A stretch of DNA of 64,000 bases from Tubulanus polymorphus (taxonomy: Eukaryota > Animalia > Nemertea), in contig NC_134025.1 of NCBI RefSeq assembly GCF_964204645.1, positions 8,990,001 through 9,054,000 of the forward strand, written 5' to 3'. Both the position numbers and the translations under genes were made by a program. Shown here one piece after another: positions 41,001-56,000 of the stretch. The notes under the pieces were generated by a model. The model was not told where the DNA came from, searched no databases, and worked only from the letters and a program-made list of their open reading frames with translations. Numbering within the stretch: the first letter of the stretch is position 1; each line of letters starts with the position of its first letter.

Positions 41001-44000
41001 TTCGTTCCATCGTGTTATATCTTTCAAATCCCACAGGCAATATGAATGAAACGTACAATTCCACTTCAGTTTGGACTACACAGCCGATGATTCTGTACAT
41101 CTTATTTACTGCCTTCACTCCATTTTCTTTCAAAAAGTTGGCAAATATGTTCGAATCTAGCATCCCATCATAAGGCATACCTCTTGGTATGACATAGACG
41201 CCTGTTGCTTGCAAAGGAACACGATTTTCCCGCACAGTCTCGTGGATGGGAAGTCTACGTATACAAGCTGCATCATTCTCACAGGCGTTTCCTGTGGCAA
41301 AAAATGATGCGAAATATTCTAGAATCGTCTGGAATTGTTGACAATTCCATGAAGCAGTTGCTGTATGTACGGAATGTTCGTTTTCATTGTCAGCATCTAA
41401 ATGCCGTGTAAGTGCACTGAGCACGTGCCCTGGATACATCAACAAACACGTCATCTTATTCAGAACTGTGAACACTGATATCTGTTTGAAAGCCTTCACG
41501 CTACCAAAGAAACTCTCATCCAATGTTGGGAGTCCAAATTGTTCAATGTGCCATTTTATTGGGTTTTCATCAGATTCATGAAGATTTAGCACGGATTCTG
41601 CCCATTTTATTGGGTACAGTTGCTTTCCAGATTTTGTAATCACTGGCAGTAGGCTCCAATCATTCAAGCAGTTGACTTTACCAATTTCTGCTCGGCATTG
41701 TTCATAAGGCATGTTTAAATTTGCAATGGCGCTTATTTGTTCAGTCACAAATTCCCACAAACGTTTCAGCCATTTTCCTTCCATGAGATCTTCAGAAGGA
41801 ACTACAGCATTTTTGTACTGTGACTCTGGCAGTGACAAATGAATCAGCTTTGCTAAGTCATCAAGTGTGAACGGTTTCATCACTGAACAGCTACTAAGGT
41901 CGATATATTTACTAAGTAGGTCGCAAACTCGTTTGCTCAAGAACAAACATTCATTTGGTGGAAGCAAATCACAGTAATCGGAATAGAAAATCGGTTTTAC
42001 CGATTTGAATGGTATCAGATTGTCTGCAGTGGTCACACAGAGACAGACGCCATCAAGTTGCGATACAAATGATTCCCGAATATTCGAGCAATATTGTAGG
42101 ATGCTTATCACATTGTTTACGTCTCCAAGTGGTGTCTCACTCAGTTTTGTTGCAGACGGACGATACTGGCGGAAGAAGTCCAATACGAATTGAGGTTTTA
42201 CCGTCTTCACTTGATAATCCAAAGAAATCAGTAAATCCTGAAGCCATGGTGATACCAGCTTTATCAATGGGAACTCCACAGCGATCAATGAACTACGAAT
42301 TGTATGATTATCCAAATCATCTAAGAATGCCTTACCATCAACTAAATCCGATATGGAGAACCAGCGGTTATAATGCGTAATAAAAAGTTTGGAATCTCTT
42401 CGCTTAAAATGTCCATACAGAGACTCAATAAAGGTGTGTAAATATGCATTACTGTCATCCTTTTCTGGGATCATTGTAGACAACTGATGCTCATAATTCC
42501 GTCTGGTTGTCTGGTCATTAACAATCATTTCCTGCACATACTCAACCAACAGACAATGGGCCACTGGGGCAACATGACGCATGATGAGATTATTCCAGTC
42601 AGTACGGTAACCACCATTCGTATCTCTCCATAAAGCTCGTCTCGTTTCGTCTAGAGCAAAATGTCCATTAATATGAACTGGCGGGGTAATATCAACTGGG
42701 AGTGGCAGAAAACAATATAACTTCCCACTTTTCGTAGTATTTATTGCAGACTGATCAAAATCAATTCGACACGCCACACCACCACAAGGCAGTAAACGAA
42801 GCTTCTTTTCATTGACGGCGCATTTAAGACTTTCTTCAAATGAATTAGTCCCTATTCCAATTACCTGACTCACCATCCACGTTTCAGTTTTTCCTTTGTT
42901 ATCTACTAAATGGACTTCATGTAATTCGTCAACTTGCCGGTTAATTGCAGTTGTATCACCAAATTTGTAGATACATTCAGACATCTGTCGAATTTCCATA
43001 TTGAATGCCATTTTTCCTTTTCTATGTTCGTCAGATATCTTCGATGATATACTGTAATGGACAGATGCCTCTTTCATTATTTCAGTTTTTAAGCTTATGC
43101 TGATCTTTTCGATGGATTTCAAAAACAACATTGCATTTTTCGATTCAGCTTCAAACAATGACAGCAATTTGTTGATGTTTGCAGGCGTCATTGCTTCACT
43201 ACATATGTTTGAAGTCGATGCCATGTTGGCTGTTCGCAAGGGGAATCGAAAGATGGTTTTTCCCTTTATTGGAAGATCAGTTAGGTTGAATGGCTTGAAC
43301 ATATCTGGAAATTGTGAGGCGAACTTGTCATTGACATCATACAATTTCCCCGGAGACGATTCATTTGCTAAAGGAATATATCTACAATTTGGATCAAAGA
43401 TACAGAGTACCTTCCCAATTTCATCTCCTTCGCTCAAAATTTGTGGTGTATCCGTGAGACTATATACACAATTGAAGCCCACTCCATATTGACCAGTAGC
43501 AGTGGGGTCAATTCCTTTAGAACCCTCTCCAAGATTTTGAATACCAATCAGATCACTTTTTCTGAACGGTTTGTCGTTGTAAACAAGAAGTGCAGGGCCT
43601 TGTATCGGGCGATACTGCTCTCCGATGATTGTATTTGCTTCATATGTGTTAGTATCGAGGATGAGATGGATCTCGGTAGCTCCTGCATCATCAGCATTTT
43701 GGAGAAGTTCTTTAATTATCGTTTCCTGGGGATAACCTTCGACCAATCTTCTGAGCCTCGTAGTCAATCTTTCCTTTTGTCCAAAAGAAATGCCACCAAA
43801 AAGGTCTCGTGAATTACTCTCTAAAAAGCTTTCAATGCTTGTCCTTACGCCGAGTCGTTGCGCATAACGGAATACGATATTCCGATGAGCAAAGTTCTGA
43901 CCTGCAGTCGCATCAAACCATGGCATGTTATTGTATGAAAGCTCCTTTGCAGATTTCCATTCATTTGCTGCATCGATCAAGTAGATGATCTCATCAAAAT

Positions 44001-47000
44001 CGGCTGAGCATTTATTCTCAGATTCCATGTGGCGGGAAAATGAGTCGATTAGTCCTAGAATATTTTGGATATCCGTTTCCCCAGCAGACTTCATTCGAGC
44101 CAGAGCTTCTATGTAATCCTTACATGTGAACTGTTGGCGAATGTCGCATATCTCCATAAGTCGTTTATAATTGCTGAAATAGCGGGGGACCTGGGCCAAA
44201 TATGGTAAACAGGTTGACATCCGAAAATTCAATGCCACATGAACGACCGGCATGAATATGTTATGAACAAGAATGTGCATTAGGTGTTCTTCTAGGACAT
44301 CTTCATTTCCAGTTGCATTGTTGTTCAGAAATTGGTATATCCTTTTAATTCTTATTTCATTTTTGGATGATATTCCTTGGAGTCGTTGATAATGTTCTAG
44401 TTGTTTGAAAACATCCACCATTGACGGTGTTTTTTCATCGATTTCAAGAAAATGCATTACTTTGCTTGGTATAGCAGAACATGTTACGGGATGTATGCTT
44501 CCAATGAGATCTTCATATTTGTGCGAGTAAAGTGATACCGGCTTCTCAAATACCTCGCCGAATACTTCTCCTTTCCAAGGCAGTTCGTTCCAATCAGCAG
44601 TGCGATATTTTACAAGAAGAAATTCGATATGAACGAGTTGCTTCTGAACATTGCGCCAAGCCTTCGGTAACTGTCCAGAAGGAATGATACTTTGCAAGTG
44701 ATCAAGAAGAAAATGCATTCTCTTCTTGCCAAATTCAAATTCGATACGTTTGATTGACTTGGCCCGTTCGAGAACATTGTTTATCGGGAGCTTGTCACCA
44801 ATCATTTTCAAATTTAGAAGTGCTTGTCTCGAAGCATCATCCAAGAATTCACTAGGAGGGAATCTTTCGTCATCCTCGTCGTATAACATCTTACATTTAC
44901 CTAGGGGATCAACAAGATCAGCCGGTTTACGCAACATCGAAGAACCCTTCACAGGGAAGCATTCTGTACTTGATAACAGTTCTTTTACCCATGGATTTGA
45001 TTCAGATAAACTCAATCCAAATCTCAACAAACGATCACGCATAGTCGGCTTGATTTTCGTGACATTGGGCAAGAAACTATCTTTTATAAATGAGAAAACT
45101 GTCCAGGTCTTCTCAAGTACTTTCTTTTTTACTTTCTCATTTGTCAGTGACAACTCCGTGATTATGTTCGAAGGACACTTGACGATGACTTGGCCCCATT
45201 TTGAATATGAATTAATGACATCGGTGACATCATCTACTAATTCACAATCGAGTAATTCTTCTGATAAGAACTGAACTTCGTTAAACGAACGCCATTTTTC
45301 GCCATCGTAGAACACCGCACAGGATGACCTTGTAATGTGTGTATAGAATGCATCACATAGTCTTCGTGAGGTGTCAGTAGTCTTCTCTCTAACTGGGAAC
45401 AAAGTGAGCACGTTCTCGTATGTATTACTTTCTTTGAGTACTTCAAGTGCATAGAGAAATGCCTGTAGAACTGAGTCGGAGCATAGTTCATTATTCCAAT
45501 CAGCACGTTTATTTGCAACATCATCTTGTGTCCGAATTTCTAAAAATCTACGGTTTGAAGCAACTGCAAAACATCCATTTATATGGAATGGCAATCCGGA
45601 CTCAATTGGAAGAGGTAAATGACAGAATACGCGACCTTCAACAGGGGCTGGACTGAAATAGTCGCCAAGTTGAATGGCAACCGCTCCAAGTGGAAGGGTC
45701 TTCAGTTCTTTAGCAATAGTTAGTGTGGTACGTTTGTTGCTATTGTATGAGGTGATTAGCCATTTTTCTTTAGAACATTTTTCTTTAGTTTTCAATGACA
45801 TTTCCGATACATATCCTGCCTCGAAAGATTGTTCAGTATCAAAGCAGAGCTTTGCTGCAACATTCACCGTACTTGCTTTCATCAGTCTCTCATCAGTTTC
45901 AATATTTAATGTAATTTGATGAATTGGCAGATGCTTTTTTTCTAAAACAAATGACTTCTCAGCTGAAAACAGTTCTACCATTTGGGATGGACCAGAAGCG
46001 TCTTCTTTGAGATGGTATACGCTAACTTTATGCACATGCTGCGTAAACAATAACATGATATTCAACCCATCTTTCATCATATTTAACAGCTCTTCCATCC
46101 TTTGCTGTTTGTAGACTACCTCACATATTTCACTTTTTCCGGCTTGATATGGAGTTCGGAGTGGAAATCGAAATAATGTACCATTGAATTTACAATTTCC
46201 CAGGGAAAGTTCACAACCGAACACACCTTGAAATGGGGCAATCTGGTCTGGCGCTCGATGGAAAATCATAGGCTTCTTTTTCAGATTTATTAGGATTCCG
46301 GGTTGTCCCTGGATATTTAGATACGTTGTGTGAGGATCGAATATCACCAGATTTTCTTCCGATATGAAACTAGGCACATCAGTGATATTGTAAACCGAAT
46401 TGAATCCCAGTCCAAATCGGCCAATCTTCACTGTATCACTTTCTTTCGTTGCTCCGCCTAACTTTTTTATGTTGAGCAAATCATTTTTGGTGAAGACTGA
46501 GTTGTTATAGGCCCATAAAGCTGGTCCTTGGCAATGTTTCATTTCTTCATGTAGTAGTTTGGTGTTGTAATGTATATTCTGACGTTCATCCCACAGCAAC
46601 TTCACTTCTGTGGCACCTGCATCATCAGCATTCTGAATTAATTCCTTTGGTAACGCAAACCCATCTGTATAATCTCTGAGGATGTTTTTAAGACGCCTGA
46701 CGAGCGATTCTTGTTGACCCCATCCTTTTGAACCAAAATCATCAGCATCATTTAACAAACGTTTCATCAATGGATATGCCCCGAATCTTTCTGCAACTTG
46801 TTCACTAAGATGAGGATGGACAGCTTTGATTTCTTCATCGACTTCATTTTTAATATTCATTTGTTCAGGTACAGAAGGGCATATGGTACATTCTCCTGGT
46901 GGAACCAGGCGTATTTTATCATTTATCAGTACTGGTAGATAAATCTCCCCACTACGCACGTCAAACCCAGCAGTATAGAAATGATTCAAAATGTTAACAA

Positions 47001-50000
47001 CCATATTGAGATCATGATCACGAGTGTCGTCACATTTTTCTTGATCACTGTCATGATGCAGTTTTATTTGATGCAAGACACTGAAATAATTGATTGTTTC
47101 AGCAACACCTAGTGCTGTCCACCATTTCTTGTATTGCAACATCTCTGGTGGTAAATGATAACAATATGGTTTAACATCTATGTCTGGTTTAATGATGCAA
47201 ATGCGGTGAACAGCAACGAATCCATTACCATGCCAGATCCAATCTTCAATATTCTGATTTTGAAGTTCCATTTTCAGGGTTACACATTCTTTCGAGTTTC
47301 TTTCGAGTTCTTCATAAATTCGACCAACAAGAAGGAGATGTTGTGTTTTCTCTCGAGTAGTGTATGACTGTAAGACTTCTTTTAACTGGGATACAAGTTG
47401 TGGTAGGGTGGGACTATCTGAAATATCGAACAGTGATGCAACATATTTGTCAATGTCAACTATATTAACTACACCACCAGCAGTATCAGCGCATCCGCTA
47501 TTCATCGCTTCACAAGGTTTTATGAACTTTTTCGTGGAATCATTTTTCCATTTGAGACTGCGTGGATAGCTATGTGGTCTATCCACGGGAAGAAGCCATG
47601 CTGTTTCTCTAAAGGTGGCATATTCATCACTCGTCATATTTTCTTTCTTCTGTAATCGCAAGAGCTCAGTTATATGATTTAGGGAATTAAGCGAAGTTTT
47701 ATCCTTCTTACGTATCGCAAGTCTCTCTACTGCTTGCGCCAGATCACTTATTTTCACGTCTTGACGCCCTTTCAATCCAATGTCTTTGAGTTCACAGCAA
47801 AGTTTCTGCCACGTCTCACGACGTGGAAACTGATTTTCTTCAAAGACAGAGAAAAGACAATTGTCTGAAAAATCAAACAATTCGGATGCGCAGAAATTAC
47901 CGCCGGACGTCCTAATAAACGGAAGTTGCTTCAGAGTTTCGATGAACTGTGTATTTTCAGAAGCATATTTCTGCTTGTGTTGAAGAACGTATTCCATCAA
48001 TTCATCGACTTCATTTTGTCTCATCTTACCGTTGCGGATATCAGGGAATATAAATCTTTCTAGGACTTCACATTCATGAAGTATGTCACAAGAAAAAAGT
48101 CTAACAATAGTTGCCGAGTCATTATCACGGGCATCTATGGCAATTTCAATCTTTGGCAAATCAACTGGCAGATTGCAACTAATCATAACTTTTTCTGCTT
48201 TGTGGAATGCAATGCGTTCAGAACTATTCCCAACCTGGTTAAAAATTGCGATGAACTGCAAACATTTCAATTGATCATTGGAAATAGCCGACAAGTTACT
48301 TGCCGCAATATATCCACGTAATGCATCCAGGCTGTCATTGTCAATATTTTTTGGCAAATTGGCCGCATTTGTCATGAAAAACGTATCATTTTCGTAGAGC
48401 TTGTAAATTGCTTGAACGATGCCATCGGCTGTAGGTTTGTACATGTGATCTCCACCCTCTAGAATACCTGGACATCGAAGAATCTCTTCCATCAGATTTG
48501 GAATTACAATTATTCCAATAGCTTTCAGTACAATACAAATTTTCTTTGACAGCTGCTGTGTTGAGTGATGCCGAACAACGTAAGCATTTCTGGTTTTCAA
48601 GCATCCAAATTTCCATTCATGCGTATTGGAATTCATTTCAACCAAAATCAAATGCAAATGAGATATTTTCGATATTTCTCCATGCATCTTTTCGACAATA
48701 TAGCGCCATATTTTCCTGTACCATTCACCAGTGATCAGCGTCTTATGTTTGTAGACTGTAAGTAATTCATCATTTGAGCAACGATCTTTGTTATTATATA
48801 GGACACGTGGCAGTAGGTCTATAACACCATCCGGCGTTAGTTGCCTTAATTGGATGTGGCCTTGTTGCCCGGCACCTACCAGTTGCATCTTCATACTCTC
48901 AGGGATACATTTTCGTAGGAAACGATCTGTTATTCCAGGCAACAAACTTTGGGGATTATCCTCATCTGCTACATATATGATATTTTTCCGTTTTGGCTCT
49001 TGAAACTCTGCGTACTGTCCATTTTCTAAAGGGAGCAATACTATTTCTTTTAATTCAGTATAGCAATTGTCACGCAGAATGTATTCTAATAATCGCATTT
49101 TGTCAACGTCAGATCGTTTTTTGTACGACGATGGGTTTGTTTTCATAGCCTGCCGTATAACATCTGGTGTAGCGACCAATAATTGATGACCCGTGTAAAT
49201 CCTCACTGCATTTTCGACATAATCAGGAACACGGACGACACCGTAATCCGCAGCAGTCAGAACTTTTGATACGATTGTCATCATTTCATCGTTGTCATTT
49301 TTGCCCGGCACCAATAAACAAGCATCCGTCAAAGAAACTGTCATTTTTTCCTTTTTAACAGTGGTGTGAAAGAGCTCCAGATGCAGAAGTTTGGAAAAGA
49401 AAGGTTCAAGGATCAGTGTCTTCCATTTTTCATCGACATCATCGGGATTCGGCAGATATTTACATATGTTTCCTTTTGATCCATGTACCTTCAGAGCATT
49501 CATATACGCCTTTGGTAACAATTCCGACAGAATCTGATTATTCCATTCCAGATCGTTGGTATCTTTGCTGCTAGAAGCCTTTACTAGTTGCTCATCGGAT
49601 GGCCATTTAAGATGACGTCGATTCTGACTGATGGCGAAATATCCATTCACGTGGACTGGTAAACCTGATAAGCTTTTGCCTTCCATAGGTAACGGGAGAA
49701 ATACAAAGACATGACCATCTGGATAATAATTCTTTTTGTTCCGATCAAGTGCACAACTAACCCACGGCATATTTCCTTGTTTTTCTGCAAGATTTTCTAG
49801 GCGCGATGCTTTTTCCGATTTTTCACAGAAATGGCTAATGACAAATGAATGATCTTCTTTCTCCGAATGACCATTATTGCTGATTTTCTCTGTTTTAATG
49901 TTCAAACCTGTGACACAAGCCCAAGCACCACCGGTTTCTGTCATATTCCTGAGGCTCTGCTTGAATTTCGCCCGTGTTGGACAAGTAGTCACTCCATCAA

Positions 50001-53000
50001 AATGAACCTTTTCAATCGCTTTTTCAGTGCAAGTTATGACGGCTGATCGATACTGCAAACTTTTGTTGTGTCGGTAAATTTCGATCTTGTTTATATTTGT
50101 GAGGAATAACACCTTCATGTATGCGTTGTATGTCAGTCCTTGCAATAGAGAATCAACTTTATCTTTTGTGTAAATAGTGTCTGAAAGCGGTGACGGATTC
50201 TGGCGCAAGGGAAAGCGGAATATCGTTCCTTGGAGTTCATCACCCTTAAAGCCAAATTTATCAAGAAACGGTGCCAGGTGGCCTGTAGGAACATATTCAC
50301 TAGACAAAGTCCATTTAAAACCAGATAGCAGCCTGCCGGATTTATCCTTAAAATATTTCTGGTTTGGGTCAATGATTCCAAATGTATTACCGCTCACAAT
50401 CATAGGGCAATCTGAAAAATATGCATGTGCACCTTTTAATCATCGTGCTATGCCATGATTGATTGCAAAGAATTTATTCAGACTGTTGGATCATGGCGAC
50501 GAATAAAAATATCCCATGTCATTGGCCTTACGTTGAAGAATATACATGTACCTATCATTAAGTCATGTATTCTGGATTCGAAGATTTACATAAAAATAAT
50601 TTAAAATAGATTTACGAAAAAATAATCTAATGACTATTCTTTTTGGTTTGGGGTTCGTGTGTATATAGTACTACCGCTACGGCTGTGTCTAAAACAAAGA
50701 TCCCTAAAATGAATGCAGGTTGAACGTTTTATCATTTGCAGGTAAATGCTTTTACTCTAAACGTTTTTTTCTGTATTGATAAACAGAGGTTTTGCCGTGT
50801 GCGTTGGGGTTAAGGTAATTTTGGTTCCATCAAGACATTGTTTTAATAGAATAGTTAATATCTAATAACCTTATATTTTGATTATACAATGAATCGAATC
50901 CACAATCCACAATCAGTAAAACTTCTGTATCTGCAAACCATTAGTTTTACAAATAAGAATTACACTGAAAGATTTTCACTAGTTAAATGTAAAGCCTTAC
51001 CTGTAATGTGAAATACTGATTTGAATCCCAATCCAAATTTGCCTACTTTTATTGGGTCCTCCTTCTTTTTGCTGACACCAAGATTTCCTATTGTGTTCCA
51101 GTCTCTTTGAGTGAAAATGCCATCGTTGTAAACGATGAGGGCAGGATTCTTTAAAATAATGCAAAAAGGTGTAAAATGAAAACACTACATCCTTCTTTTG
51201 CCAATTTTGAATATAGGGTGGAAATCATTTAGGTTGGTTGCAATGTATTTGTGCGTGGAATTTGTCACAGAATATTTCTCATTCTTTATCTCAGCTACAG
51301 ATCAATACATACCTGATTAAACTCAGCCATACTTGGACAATATAGATTTTCGACTGTGTATGACTGTTCATCATACAAGAACTTGATGGTTGATGCTGGG
51401 GCATCTTCAGCATTCTGTATCAGCTCCTGTTTCAAAGATCAATATCTGATGATTAATCAAAGATTTTGAAAATAGTTATTGAGGTTATAATTACGAAAAT
51501 AATGAATTGTCCCATTCTGGAATGAGAAAACGTCTACTTTAGCATGTATATACATAGTTTGGAACCCCAAGGAACCCTTTCAGACTTAATTTTCCTTATT
51601 TGTATTGTGGCATTTACCATATCAGGACCTGGCTGTGTGTACAAAAAAATATCTTGCGTTATAGCGCCTTTGTGTAAAGAATAATAAACATCAACTTATA
51701 ACCAGATATTCCAGACATTTTGATTTAAGAATGATTTAAGTGAATTTAAACATTTTTGGGACCAAATACCAGGCAGACACAGGCAGACGCAATTTAAGAC
51801 TTCACTTTCCATCAGTCTATCTCACATTTCGCATTAAATGAAGCTTATAATATATGTAATATATATAATGTATAATTCAATCATAACTTTGCAACAAGTA
51901 GGCCTATGATTAAATGTATTTCAGCTGCTTTCAGACTATTGTATGTTATCATTTATTCGATAGAAACGACTAAAATCATCAAAGAGGCATTACATATCAA
52001 ATCCAAACAAACAACCAAGCATCAATAAACAATTTTCCATACGTGGTGACCTAGTTAGTTACCTAATCGTTGGTGGTAAGCTTTTTATAATCGGATGGGC
52101 TTATACCAACGTTAGGGATGACAAGGACCAAAACACGGTTGAAAAAAGTAACACTTCAAAAATATACTTTCTATTCACTTCAGTCCACAATTAATGGCTT
52201 AATTCACAAACTAACACAGGTACCTTTCGAAATAATCCAATTTTATGTATGTTTCGAGTGATTAATCAACATTATTTTGAGAAATTAATTAATTTCTCCA
52301 CAAATTTCGCCATTGGCCGCCATTTCTCTGTATTGCACATGTGGCATGATAAGACAAGGGGACCTACAAGGATTTATATAAAACTTCCAAGACGAAACGA
52401 CAATTTTTATTTTTGATGGTTTTCCAACTTTATTTCAAGTCTTCGTGTTTTCCATAATAAATAATGAAATAATAAATTTCTGGTAAAAGAAAAATGTGAA
52501 TAAAAATTGATTTTTTAATTTTTTTAAATTTCGTCGTTTCGTTTTGTTAGTTTGTGCTGTTGTCCTGGCCTCAGTCCACAGGTGCCAGCACCTCCAGTAA
52601 TTTTCAAAATGGCAGCTGTTGACTGGACGGAAATTTACTCTCACTTTACGGCCGATTTGCACATGGATTAAGATCGTCAGGTGAGGTGTTATAGGTATCA
52701 GACAAACTACGAATCTGTTGTGCGTCGATTACAACAAAAATGAGACAGATATCTTAAGAGACAATGAAATGCCAGGCAAATTACTCGTCAGTCAAATTGG
52801 CTGACGAAGATTTCATACAAAAATGACCTTCCCATTCCTGACTGTGGTTTGTGAAAATATCCGATCGTGAAACTAAACCACAGTCAGGTTACTGACTAGT
52901 GGTGACCCATCCTTGAGCGTTTTGATCTTTATAAAACTACTAGGCCACTTCACGCCTGCATGACACTTTAAGTGATTAGTGAATCGTATGCTATGTATGT

Positions 53001-56000
53001 AATGTATGTTTTTATTCATCCTTGAAATGAACTCCTCCGAGATCAGGGGCGGATCCAAGCTATACTCCACTGTATTCCCGAATATTGTCAGAAAAATGTG
53101 AATAACATAATTTCTAGGAAGAACCTTATCCAATGTCAGGAATGCCTTCAGTAAAAGGAAAATGAGTGATTTTTCAAACTTTTATTGAGCAGGACCCCCC
53201 CCTTTAATGAGCTTCGTCGCCGGCAGATAATTGAGCAATAATTTATAGGAATGTTGTCAAATTTACTGGCTGGATCAACCCCATGGAGATATTGTTATAA
53301 AATCATCTAAACTATCAATCTTGTATTCTTTAAATAGGGTGGAGTCCAAATCAAACAAAAACCATACGTTTTTTCGAAATAATCTGACCGACCAGAAAAG
53401 AAACGAACTGTTTATTATTAATTTTGGTTTGATATTCATGACATACTATGGTGGCTTCGTTTTGGCGCGGTTATTTCCGTTTTGGCGCCCCTTATTTTTC
53501 AATTTGGCGCGTTGATCCTGTGTGTAATTTGCATAAATTTGCATATATAGAATTATTTTACGTGGTTGAAAGTTCGTTTTGGCGGGGGCGCCAAAACGAA
53601 AGTTCAGCTGTACAAACAAAACCCTGAACAAACCCATTTCGATATTTGACATCTGAGGGCCTTTATAACGGAACACACTTTTTTGCCCTTAATTACTAAC
53701 CTTAAGGATTTGTCCATCATCGGGATATTCATCGAGAATACGTTTCAAGCTTTCAACCAATGATGGCTGCTTTATGCCAAACTCATCTTCATGCTCGTCG
53801 TCAACATCTTTAAGCAATAATTTCTTAACATATAAATGCAATTAAAGCGTTGATTTAACGATTAAAAGCTAATTTAGATTTCAACAAACTTACCAGTATT
53901 CATATCGATTTTCTGTTAAAAGCGACTTGGAATGACAATAGGTCTCGTTCTTCCAATGCGCTCGGCACTAATGATACGACGTATCGAGCGATCTACGCCC
54001 ACTACATCGTAGCCGATACATCGTAATCGGGTTTCCCCCTTCGTTTTTCAATGCTCGCCAGTATACCAGTACGTGGTACAATAACTGTATTTCCCATAAA
54101 AAGTTCAATAGCTAGACTGTGTTACGTATGTTAATTCAGTGTGTTGTTAATTTTCTTCAGAGATCATTGATTTGATAAAGAAAAATGCAAGTGCGTCGCC
54201 GTACCGACCGGTTGTGGCCTTACAGGAGGAAGATAAAAGTGAAATGTTCAGCATTGCGAAACTCATGGCAATGTGTTGGGCCGAATACCCCGATTCCCGG
54301 CCAAACATCGATGGCATAAAAAGAAAACTCCGCGAAATATTCAAAGGAAGGTAACTTCCAAGTTTCTCGGACTGGGGCCGTTCCGACCAATGGTGGCTGT
54401 TTCGAGCCATAAAAAAGATTTCTCTCCCGACTACGTAGATGCAGTTTTTACATGAACATTATTAGAAAAAACAAAAAGTTTTTGATCCTCCTGTGAGAAA
54501 TTCCCCACTCACCCACTTAATTTTTTCTTGCGCCAGAAAAACGGTGTTCACGTAAGATTTTTACAGTCGTACAGAATAATATTTTAGCATGGCCTGAACC
54601 ACACGTACTTGTGCCCACACTCACTTCAACTCACTATTTTCCTGCTAATGTGCATTATATACGTGGATATCTAAATATGAATTTTTCGATTCGTTACAAT
54701 GTAGGCGTCATTGTACGAAATTTACATTTAGCGGTCTGTTCAATTTGAGTTCATAGGAAAGAAGGGACTTAAAATTTGATAAACATTTTTCCTAGAAAAA
54801 TGAACATAATGGACAATATGCTGTCAATGATGGAGAAGTACGCGAATAATTTGGAGGAACTGGTTGAGCATCGAACAGTTGAACTCGTGGCTGAGAAAAA
54901 GAAGACAGATTCACTTTTGTATCGTATGTTGCCCAGGTCAACAAAACACGAAAATATATGCTTGAAAGTTTCCGAAATATTATATACCTAATATACTACT
55001 CATTCTGTATTTCACTTTTCTCCGATGTTAGAGTGTACTTATCAACGAGAAAGATTGTTTTGTCTAGGTCAGTGGCAGAAAAACTAAAATCCGGACAGAA
55101 CGTGCAACCTGAAATGTTCGATAATGTGACGGTTTATTTTTCGGATATAGTGGGTTTCACGCAGATTTCAGCTCAGAGTCAACCAATACAAGTCGTTGAC
55201 CTTCTTAATGATCTATACACGATGTTTGATGGCGTTATCGAAAAATTCGATGTTTATAAGGTACGAGAAGGCCATGGGCGTCACGACCCTTCTTTAGGCC
55301 ACAGTGCCTCGTTTGAAATGTTGAATTTTTTTTCAATTCATAAATTGCCTACGCAATTTTCAAACTGTGACGACTTCGAATTACAATAGCATATTCTGCA
55401 CATTATTAAACTAAACGGACCTTTAGGATGTTAAGGTTTAAGAAATCTAGTGGATTAGGGCGTCTTAAAAAATCCAGAGGACACCCATGACGGCTACAAC
55501 TGCTACTATTAACCATAAAGCAAGATTCGAAAGTTCCATCGAGAAGGAAGAGATTTTTAATGAAATTTACCGCGCATTTAGGTGCGTACGAGTTTCGAGT
55601 GGATTTTTAACATGTTTTACACACCAAACATTTTTCTAGGTAGAGACTATAGGGGATGCGTATATGGTGGTGAGTGGGTTGCCCCGTCGCAATGGAAACT
55701 TCCATGCAGCCGCCATCGCTGACATGGCTCTCAACTTGCTCAGCATGGTTCTCACTTTCAGAATACGCCATATGCCACGTGTTCAATTGCAAGTACGCAT
55801 TGGACTTCACACGGGTCCTTGTTGTGCAGGTCAGCAAACATTTTTCATTTCAGTTTATAAAGTTTTATTTTCTTCTTGTTGCATGATTTTCTCTTTCTGG
55901 AAACGATTTTCGATATACAGTCAACCTCGCTTAATTCGTCGTCGGTACCGTATTTTCCTTCTTTAATGCCTTTGATTTCCATCGGATAATTCGTATTTCG

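Noticed and set aside
38213-50458. Many short ORFs overlapping the sacsin-like exon (likewise those overlapping gag-pol)
   Set aside because: Antisense or off-frame shadows of long coding sequence with no independent motifs
36362-54160. Sacsin-like gene carried as cargo by a large DNA transposon or Helitron
   Set aside because: No TIR pair or TSD brackets the gene, no transposase or Rep-helicase is present, and the palindromes at 53973-54030 are not followed closely by a CTRR end
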